25,507 nucleotides of DNA from a virus, in UHGV virus genome UHGV-0069400; one strand, given 5' to 3'. The notes beneath the pieces are model-generated. The model saw only the letters and a list, made by a program, of their open reading frames with translations, had not been told where the DNA came from and did no database searches. Position 1 is the stretch's first letter; each line of letters starts with the position of its first letter. Positions 19,465-25,507 of the stretch are shown here, in pieces. Position numbers and translations under genes: made by a program.

Positions 19465-20193
19465 ATGAAAGGCGAAGTGAAAGAGCGCGGCATGATTTTC
19501 AACGATGAGATGGTCCGGGCCATCCTCGAAGGAAGGAAAACGCAGACGCGGCGGATAATGAAAAATCAGCCTGCGGAAGTTGGTCCAGAAGCACCAGTGA
19601 TGGTTAGAAAAATTGGTGCAGGTTTTCAGTGGTACGGGGCTGATGGTGTAAGCAGTGTTTTCAATTGCCCATTTGGTATCGTCGGCGATCGAATTTGGGT
19701 TCGTGAAACATGGGCGATATTAGGCAATGAGGATGGTTGCAGTGTGGACTGGAACGACAACCTTTGTCGTGGCGATGAGAAGAACGCAGCAAGGATTTAT
19801 CGGGCCAGTTGCGAGCAAAAACCTGGTGATTACGGCTTATGGTCGATACCCGATGATGCCGACTGGAAACCTCACACTGTGAATGAAAAGTTTGATGGTG
19901 GGTGGCGTCCATCAATTCACATGCCGCGATGGGCATCACGCATTCTGTTGGAAATTACCAACGTGCGCGTTGAACGGTTGAACGATATCAGCGAATGCGA
20001 TGCAAGGGCTGAGGGCGTTCCGCCTGCTGGAAGTTTGCTTCCTGATCACCCGGGAACATTCCTTACTCCCAAGGGGGATTTCGCAATGGCCAAGGTTGCG
20101 TTCCAGCGCCTGTGGGAATCCATCTATGGTGAAGAAAGCTGGAACGCTAATCCCTGGGTGTGGGTAATCGAGTTTAAGCGCATTCAGGAATAA
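19465..20193 (+). CDS. ASCH-domain-like protein
   Basis: 242 codons. GGGGG upstream. N-terminus MIFNDEMVRAILEGRKTQTRR fits the ASCH GxKxxxxR pattern as I remember it. Confidence 0.45.
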   Translation: MKGEVKERGMIFNDEMVRAILEGRKTQTRRIMKNQPAEVGPEAPVMVRKIGAGFQWYGADGVSSVFNCPFGIVGDRIWVRETWAILGNEDGCSVDWNDNLCRGDEKNAARIYRASCEQKPGDYGLWSIPDDADWKPHTVNEKFDGGWRPSIHMPRWASRILLEITNVRVERLNDISECDARAEGVPPAGSLLPDHPGTFLTPKGDFAMAKVAFQRLWESIYGEESWNANPWVWVIEFKRIQE

Positions 20194-20196
20194 ACC

Positions 20197-21075
20197 GTGA
20201 GTATGCATCAAGTCGTCAGCTTTTCAGGTGGACGAACATCGGCTTATCTCGTTCATCTGATGGAAGCACAGCGAAAAGCTGGCGCTAGCGTCCATTTCAT
20301 TTTTATGGATACCGGCTGTGAACATCCTCTGACGTATCGCTTTATTCGTGAGGTTGTGAAGTTCTGGAACGTACCGCTAACGGTGTTGCAGGTCGATATA
20401 AATCCAGAACTTGGGCAGCCAAATGGTTATACGGAATGGGAACCAAAGGATATTCAGACGCGAATGCCGGTGCTTAAACCGTTTATGGACATGGTTAAAA
20501 AGTACGGTACGCCATACATCGGCGGCGCGTTCTGTACCGACAGGCTAAAACTCACCCCTTTCACGAAATATTGCGATGACCATTTTGGGCGAGGGAATTA
20601 CATCACATGGCTCGGTATTCGTGCGGACGAACCCCGTAGGCTGAAACCGAAACCGGGCGTCCGGTATCTTGCCGAACTGTCAGATTTTGATAAGTCGGAT
20701 GTTATCCGGTGGTGGCGAAAACAACCTTTTGATTTGCAAATCCCGGAGCACCTCGGGAACTGTGTTTTTTGCATCAAAAAGTCAACGCAAAAGCTGGGGC
20801 TTGCATGTAAAGACGAACCAGGTCTGATGCGGGTTTTTAATGAACTGGTTACAGGCAAACACGTCAGGGATGGTCATCGCAGAACAGGTAAAGACGTTAT
20901 GTACCGTGGCCACCTGACGCTTGACGGGATTGCCAGAATGTATGCCGACAGTGACTACAGAAATTTGTATCAGGCGATGGTGCTGGCCAAGCGGTTTGAT
21001 ACTGGTTCGTGTTCCGAATCATGTGAAATCTGGGGTGACCAATTGGAGTTGAAATTCGAAGAGGTAGTGGAATGA
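20197..21075 (+). CDS. PAPS-reductase-family protein (PP-loop ATP-pyrophosphatase fold)
   Basis: 292 codons, GTG start (or ATG at 20203). PP-loop SFSGGRTS near the N-terminus. C-terminal Cys cluster CSESCEIWGDQ. Confidence 0.7.
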   Translation: MSMHQVVSFSGGRTSAYLVHLMEAQRKAGASVHFIFMDTGCEHPLTYRFIREVVKFWNVPLTVLQVDINPELGQPNGYTEWEPKDIQTRMPVLKPFMDMVKKYGTPYIGGAFCTDRLKLTPFTKYCDDHFGRGNYITWLGIRADEPRRLKPKPGVRYLAELSDFDKSDVIRWWRKQPFDLQIPEHLGNCVFCIKKSTQKLGLACKDEPGLMRVFNELVTGKHVRDGHRRTGKDVMYRGHLTLDGIARMYADSDYRNLYQAMVLAKRFDTGSCSESCEIWGDQLELKFEEVVE

Positions 21076-21275
21076 CAATCGTAAAAACCCATACCGGCAC
21101 CGTGATCACCAAAGACGGTCCGAAGGTAAAAAAACTGCACCAAACAGAGCGGATGTGGGTCGTTGGCAAAAACGAGTTTTACCACAAAGAAACTGGACGC
21201 CGCCATTTTGCAGAAAATACGCGCCGCCGACTGCTGTTAGACACCATCAAGCCTATCGAGGTGAAGCATGTTTAA
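21072..21275 (+). CDS. Small hypothetical protein (67 aa)
   Basis: ATG overlaps the upstream TGA (ATGA). Basic protein, no motif. Confidence 0.4.
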   Translation: MTIVKTHTGTVITKDGPKVKKLHQTERMWVVGKNEFYHKETGRRHFAENTRRRLLLDTIKPIEVKHV

Positions 21276-21507
21276 ACAGAACGAAAAAGCTATCGCTCAA
21301 ATTGCTGATTATATCCCGCGTGCGTGCCGGGGTATGCAGTTGCAGGAAGCCAAAGCGCGCCTGGAGAAAAAAATTGCGCTCTATATTGATGACGGCTGTG
21401 ATTCCGCCGTTCTTAACGCGGCGTTCGCACCAGCTCTTAACTGTCACACTCGGGAGTCTTTTTTTTCGTGCATCGCAGCGCAACTCCGCCAAGGAGGCAA
21501 CCAGTGA
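21268..21507 (+). CDS. Small hypothetical protein (79 aa)
   Basis: ATG overlaps the end of the upstream ORF by 8 nt. Confidence 0.4.
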   Translation: MFKQNEKAIAQIADYIPRACRGMQLQEAKARLEKKIALYIDDGCDSAVLNAAFAPALNCHTRESFFSCIAAQLRQGGNQ

Positions 21508-22148
21508 GTAACCGTTTTTACATGATGTGCTTGCGTGAAACTGTGGGTAATAACGCCTCATTCCATTGCCATAACGGCAATGGTTACAGTTCTGATATCG
21601 ATCGAGCACATGTTTACACGCAGGAAGAAGCCCAAAAAGCCTGGAATTGTGGTCGAGATATCGATCAGCCTGTTTGCGCTGATAGCGTGGATGCAATGGC
21701 TGTGTGGCACGTTGATTGCCAGTACATCCCCACAGAAAGCCTGATTGAGTCAGATTGCACTGCGTATGTGGCCTACAAAAAAGGTAGCTGGAACGGCAAC
21801 GATGTTTACTGGCTTCAACACGGTGGATTGCCAACAGATGACTTCAGTAAAGCGACCATCTTTAGCGTCGCCAACAAAAACGAACCAGGAATAGTTTGGT
21901 TGCCATTTTCCATTGCTGATGCAGCAAAGCGTCGGACGTTCAATATCAATAACTTTAACCGCAGAACAATGGTTCAGGGCGCAGGTTTGGTCATGCCTGA
22001 CTGGTTGAAAGAGCAGAACAGAAGAAAGAAGTCGCGAAGCGGGAAGGTGCGTTGGAATTGTCCGCATTGCGGAAAAATAACCTGGCAGTACAGCCCATAT
22101 GATTTTGAAGGCTGTAGTGATTACAACTGTGAAGGATGGCGAGAATGA
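21504..22148 (+). CDS. Hypothetical protein with C-terminal zinc-ribbon
   Basis: ORF track starts at 21468; GTG 21504 has AAGGAGG 7 nt upstream and overlaps the previous stop (GTGA). C-terminal WNCPHCGKITWQ...CSDYNCEGW. Confidence 0.45.
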   Translation: MSNRFYMMCLRETVGNNASFHCHNGNGYSSDIDRAHVYTQEEAQKAWNCGRDIDQPVCADSVDAMAVWHVDCQYIPTESLIESDCTAYVAYKKGSWNGNDVYWLQHGGLPTDDFSKATIFSVANKNEPGIVWLPFSIADAAKRRTFNINNFNRRTMVQGAGLVMPDWLKEQNRRKKSRSGKVRWNCPHCGKITWQYSPYDFEGCSDYNCEGWRE

Positions 22149-22891
22149 CAATTGACTATCAGGCACTGCGTGAGGCGGCAGAGCGTGCAATTCCGGCAAT
22201 GGAACACCTGTTAATGTTGCCAGTTGATGATGATTTGTTAACTGAACAGGAACTTAAGGATTACGGTGTGGATATTGATGCGCTCAACGCCTTCAAATTT
22301 CTGACCGGACCAGAAACCGTGCTGGCACTACTGGATGAACGGGAAAGAAACCAGCAATACATCAAACGCCGCGACCAGGAGAACGAGGATATTGCGCTAA
22401 CGGTTGGGAGGCTGCTAATCGAAAACGGCCAGCTTGTTGCCGATACGCTACGCCACTTAGCTGATAACGAAATCGACTCTGATTATTTTGCTATCACCTC
22501 AACGAATGAGAACGGTACTGAAATTGATCATGAGATGGCTATTACCGATTACGCACTGCAAGCTGCCGGAACTGTAGACGAATTGGTTGCAGCGCTGGAA
22601 TCCGCAGAGAAGCGCATAGCAGAACTGGAAGCACGGGAAATAAAACCAGCCAAAGGCGAAGTTCTTGTCGTTGTATCTGGTTTTACTGGTTGCGGAAAAA
22701 GCGCCATTGCCGGGGAAATAGAAATCGCGATGAAGGCTATTGGTGTACCGGTTAAGTGGACTAATGGCGATGCAGAAAAGCGCATGACTGGCGCTGACTG
22801 GCTGACAGCGATTGAGATGTACAAACCAACTGTGCGCATCGCGGAAGTTAATGTGCCACGCGCCGCTGGCATTCGCATCAAAGGAGAGTGA
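22145..22891 (+). CDS. Hypothetical protein, possibly Ea22-like
   Basis: ATG 22145 overlaps the upstream TGA (ATGA); the ORF track starts at 22136. N-terminus MTIDYQALREAAERA resembles lambdoid Ea22-type proteins as I recall them. Confidence 0.4.
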   Translation: MTIDYQALREAAERAIPAMEHLLMLPVDDDLLTEQELKDYGVDIDALNAFKFLTGPETVLALLDERERNQQYIKRRDQENEDIALTVGRLLIENGQLVADTLRHLADNEIDSDYFAITSTNENGTEIDHEMAITDYALQAAGTVDELVAALESAEKRIAELEAREIKPAKGEVLVVVSGFTGCGKSAIAGEIEIAMKAIGVPVKWTNGDAEKRMTGADWLTAIEMYKPTVRIAEVNVPRAAGIRIKGE

Positions 22892-22896
22892 GTGAT

Positions 22897-23094
22897 ATGG
22901 ATAAAAACACCACTGCTTACTGGAATCTGTCACTTGATACCGAATGCCCCAAATGTGGTCACAATTTCGATCTGCTCTGTGATGCTGATTTCTGGGAGTT
23001 TTCTGGAGCAAAACAGGCATGTGAAGAAATAAAAGGTTACGAAACATGCTGCCCAGAATGTAACCATGAATTTAAAACAGATTTTGTGTATTGA
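22897..23094 (+). CDS. Small zinc-ribbon protein (66 aa)
   Basis: GGAG upstream of ATG 22897 (ORF track uses GTG 22888). Two CxxC pairs: CPKCGH and CCPECNH. Confidence 0.45.
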   Translation: MDKNTTAYWNLSLDTECPKCGHNFDLLCDADFWEFSGAKQACEEIKGYETCCPECNHEFKTDFVY

Positions 23095-23104
23095 GGCATA
23101 ACGA

Positions 23105-24295
23105 ATGACCACTTTTACTAAAGAACAATTAATAGAGATAATTAAGCGCAATATAACGGTTATGGATCGTTATCCTGATTTAGTAACTGCACAAATGGAT
23201 CTGGAAGTATACAAAATCGCGCTGGCATCACTGGAAGCAGAACCAGTTGCTTATATTTTCAAACATCCGGCCGGGAAATTATTCTGGGCTTTAACGGATG
23301 AAAGCAATAAAGAGCAACCGGACGTTATTCCTGTTTATGCTGACTCACCTGCGCCGGTTGTGCCGGATGAAATAGACGTAAACGATGTACCAAGGGCGGT
23401 GACATATTTCAAGACACACAGAGATTGTTACGCAGATGGCTGGAACGCCTGCCGCGCCGCCATGCTTCAGTCCGGAAACTTTCGGGAAAATAAGAATTCG
23501 TCAACCAATAATTTTCGGGAAATCGCGGAAACGTCAACCAACTATCCGGTAATTCCTAGTGAGGTGTTGTCCGCAATCCTGAAGGTTGCCAAGATTCGTG
23601 CCGATTTCGATGATTTTGACGGTGACAGGCGAGGTATCGGTGATTGTCTGGATGAGGCTGAGCAAGAGCTTATCGTTACCATTAACAAATATGCCAGTCA
23701 GTTGGCAGCAGAACCGATAGCGACTAATGACGTTCGAGAGCAAACAGCCGTTCCGCCAGTTCCTGTAATACAGGCTGATGTCGCGCAGGCAATTGAAAAA
23801 CTCAAACGGAAATTAGTGGAATGCAATCGCTATAACTACTGCGCAGATGCAGTTAAGGGCGTTGAGTATGCCTGCCACGCTGCCATGCTTCAGGGTAGCC
23901 AACCTGTAAGCCAAACTTACAAGTTTCCAGTTAATACACCTTGCCAGGATGCGCCAGCCCATATCTGGCTGCAAACAGCTGGAGTATGGCCAGAAGATGG
24001 CGAGTTAAGCGAATTAACGTGGTGCAGCCACAATCAGCACCATGATGACACGCTATATGTTCGAGCTGACTTGGTAAATGGCAATTCTCAGGTAACTCCG
24101 GATGGTTGGATAAGCTGTAGTGAGCGAATGCCCGCTCAAGATGATTGGATTTTAATTTATTCAAAGCACGGTGAGTATATGGCAGGACAGGTGCAAGGGG
24201 AATACGTGGAGTTGAGCGACGGCACTTTATCCTGGTTAGGGAACGCCTTGTTCTGGATGCTGCTACCAGAACCTCCCCAGGAGGCAGGTCAATGA
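23105..24295 (+). CDS. Hypothetical protein with internal repeats and DUF551-like C-terminus
   Basis: 396 codons. GAGG upstream. Repeated ACRAAMLQSG / ACHAAMLQGS segments. C-terminal GWISCSERMPAQDDWILIY...WMLLPEPP resembles the DUF551 pattern as I recall it. Confidence 0.45.
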   Translation: MTTFTKEQLIEIIKRNITVMDRYPDLVTAQMDLEVYKIALASLEAEPVAYIFKHPAGKLFWALTDESNKEQPDVIPVYADSPAPVVPDEIDVNDVPRAVTYFKTHRDCYADGWNACRAAMLQSGNFRENKNSSTNNFREIAETSTNYPVIPSEVLSAILKVAKIRADFDDFDGDRRGIGDCLDEAEQELIVTINKYASQLAAEPIATNDVREQTAVPPVPVIQADVAQAIEKLKRKLVECNRYNYCADAVKGVEYACHAAMLQGSQPVSQTYKFPVNTPCQDAPAHIWLQTAGVWPEDGELSELTWCSHNQHHDDTLYVRADLVNGNSQVTPDGWISCSERMPAQDDWILIYSKHGEYMAGQVQGEYVELSDGTLSWLGNALFWMLLPEPPQEAGQ

Positions 24296-24375
24296 GCTGG
24301 CCTGAAGCATTCGCAACGGTAGGAATTGTGATGGCGGCAGCACTGGGTTTGTATTCAATTTGTCGCTGGTGGTAA
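24292..24375 (+). CDS. Small hydrophobic peptide (27 aa)
   Basis: Not in the supplied ORF track. ATG overlaps the upstream TGA. Translation MSWPEAFATVGIVMAAALGLYSICRWW. Confidence 0.3.
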   Translation: MSWPEAFATVGIVMAAALGLYSICRWW

Positions 24376-24377
24376 CG

Positions 24378-24611
24378 ATGGGGAAATTAACTTTTGTAGT
24401 CGAATTTGAGGATGGTAAAGAGCCACCTGTTAGCGCCAATCTTGATGTTGCTGGTGGAAGGCTTGTTTCGGTTCTATTTGGTGACTACCGAGATGACTTC
24501 TTCCAACCAGAAGAAGTTGATGTAGTGCGAGAGGCATTAAACGAGTTAAGTGTTGACAACGATGATGCTCATGCGGAAATCATCCAAAAAATGGAACTGC
24601 TAACTCACTAA
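24378..24611 (+). CDS. Small acidic hypothetical protein (77 aa)
   Basis: ORF track starts at 24360; the in-frame ATG at 24378 follows the stop of the preceding peptide. Confidence 0.35.
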   Translation: MGKLTFVVEFEDGKEPPVSANLDVAGGRLVSVLFGDYRDDFFQPEEVDVVREALNELSVDNDDAHAEIIQKMELLTH

Positions 24612-24659
24612 ATTATCAATTATGGTGCTATAACCTACGACACCGAGAGAAAATTTATA

Positions 24660-24782
24660 ATGTCAAAAGTAAATGTTTTGATTTTTTCAGCAATTGTTGG
24701 CTTTGGTTTTACTGCCGGAGTGCAGATTTATATTACGTGGGAAAAAATCATCAACTACGCATGGAGTTGTTTTATTAAGTGA
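24660..24782 (+). CDS. Small membrane protein (40 aa)
   Basis: Not in the supplied ORF track. Translation MSKVNVLIFSAIVGFGFTAGVQIYITWEKIINYAWSCFIK. Lies in the AT-richer 3' segment. Confidence 0.3.
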   Translation: MSKVNVLIFSAIVGFGFTAGVQIYITWEKIINYAWSCFIK

Positions 24783-24789
24783 GGTAAGT

Positions 24790-25050
24790 ATGTGGAGAGG
24801 TAATAATCATGGCAAAAGCCAGATGATACTTACCGAATATAAGCTAGACCACAAAACCAATAAATCACGCTCAGTATATTTGCTCCGGCACAATAGTCGC
24901 GTAAGAAATACCGTGCTGGAACAAAATCTGACAGTTGAAATGGATAATTACGGGGGATTCAAGCCAACAATTTCACTTGATGATTTTCCTCGTGGTTTAA
25001 GCGAAAGAGAAGCAATGCTGAAATTAGCAGAATGGCTACAAAACACTTGA
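24790..25050 (+). CDS. Small hypothetical protein (86 aa)
   Basis: ORF track starts at 24694; GAGG 5 nt upstream of ATG 24790. Confidence 0.35.
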   Translation: MWRGNNHGKSQMILTEYKLDHKTNKSRSVYLLRHNSRVRNTVLEQNLTVEMDNYGGFKPTISLDDFPRGLSEREAMLKLAEWLQNT

Positions 25051-25063
25051 GGGAGGAAGAAAA

Positions 25064-25507
25064 ATGGATAGACAAAAGGTAAAGTCAGGACTGGGATTAA
25101 TGTTCTGGGGAAACATTGTGGCATTATTTGCAGTAATTCCAATTCTGGGAGTAATTGCAGCTCTTGTTGGCGGAATCATGGAATTGATTGCAATTGTAAA
25201 TCTGAGAAAACAAAGTGAAAATTATAACAATGCATTTTGGTTTACAATTGCCGGAATTGTGCTTGGGCTCTTCGCCGGTGGAGATGGATTATGGGGAACA
25301 GCGATATCAATTCTCCATGGCCTTGCAACATTGGGTGCAACCTACTACATTTGCACAGCAACAGAGGAATGTGTAAGTATAGTATCTTATGAGGTAGCAG
25401 ATTATTGCCACAGCGTATGCAACTGGTATGTAACTTGTATGGTTATTTCATTGGCGATCAGTGTTGTGATGCTCGTATTTTCAATTATTCCAGTACTTGG
25501 ATTTATC
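25064..25507 (+). CDS. Multi-pass membrane protein, 3'-truncated by the window edge
   Basis: Not in the supplied ORF track. GGGAGG upstream of ATG 25064. 148 codons with no stop before the window end; several hydrophobic segments and a Cys-rich loop. Confidence 0.5.
   Translation, partial: MDRQKVKSGLGLMFWGNIVALFAVIPILGVIAALVGGIMELIAIVNLRKQSENYNNAFWFTIAGIVLGLFAGGDGLWGTAISILHGLATLGATYYICTATEECVSIVSYEVADYCHSVCNWYVTCMVISLAISVVMLVFSIIPVLGFI

Overview
This window reads as a P1-like temperate phage (phage-plasmid) segment from an enterobacterial host. The call rests on three things visible in the sequence: (1) three tRNAs (Asn-GTT, Thr-TGT, Ile2-CAT) around a TerB-like gene and a DnaB-family helicase, (2) a bifunctional C5-cytosine plus Dam-like N6-adenine DNA methyltransferase, and (3) several near-perfect copies of ATTGCTCTAATAAATTT, which I recall as the P1 C1 repressor operator consensus, at operon boundaries. 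Gene order: hypothetical ORF, methyltransferase, a ~1.5 kb noncoding island with the tRNAs, TerB-like gene and two small membrane ORFs, tRNA-Ile, helicase, a glycosyltransferase-like gene, a convergent six-gene minus-strand baseplate/tail-type operon, then two plus-strand accessory operons and an AT-richer 3' end with small membrane proteins. The most striking observation is a 341-codon intein with a LAGLIDADG homing-endonuclease domain inserted exactly at the catalytic Pro-Cys of the C5-methyltransferase motif. The second is the noncoding island, which holds a tRNA-like element without an anticodon arm and two copies of a structured element whose stems differ in sequence but keep base pairing. 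No CRISPR array, transposase or integrase was seen. All functional calls are from motif recognition by eye; no database search was run.
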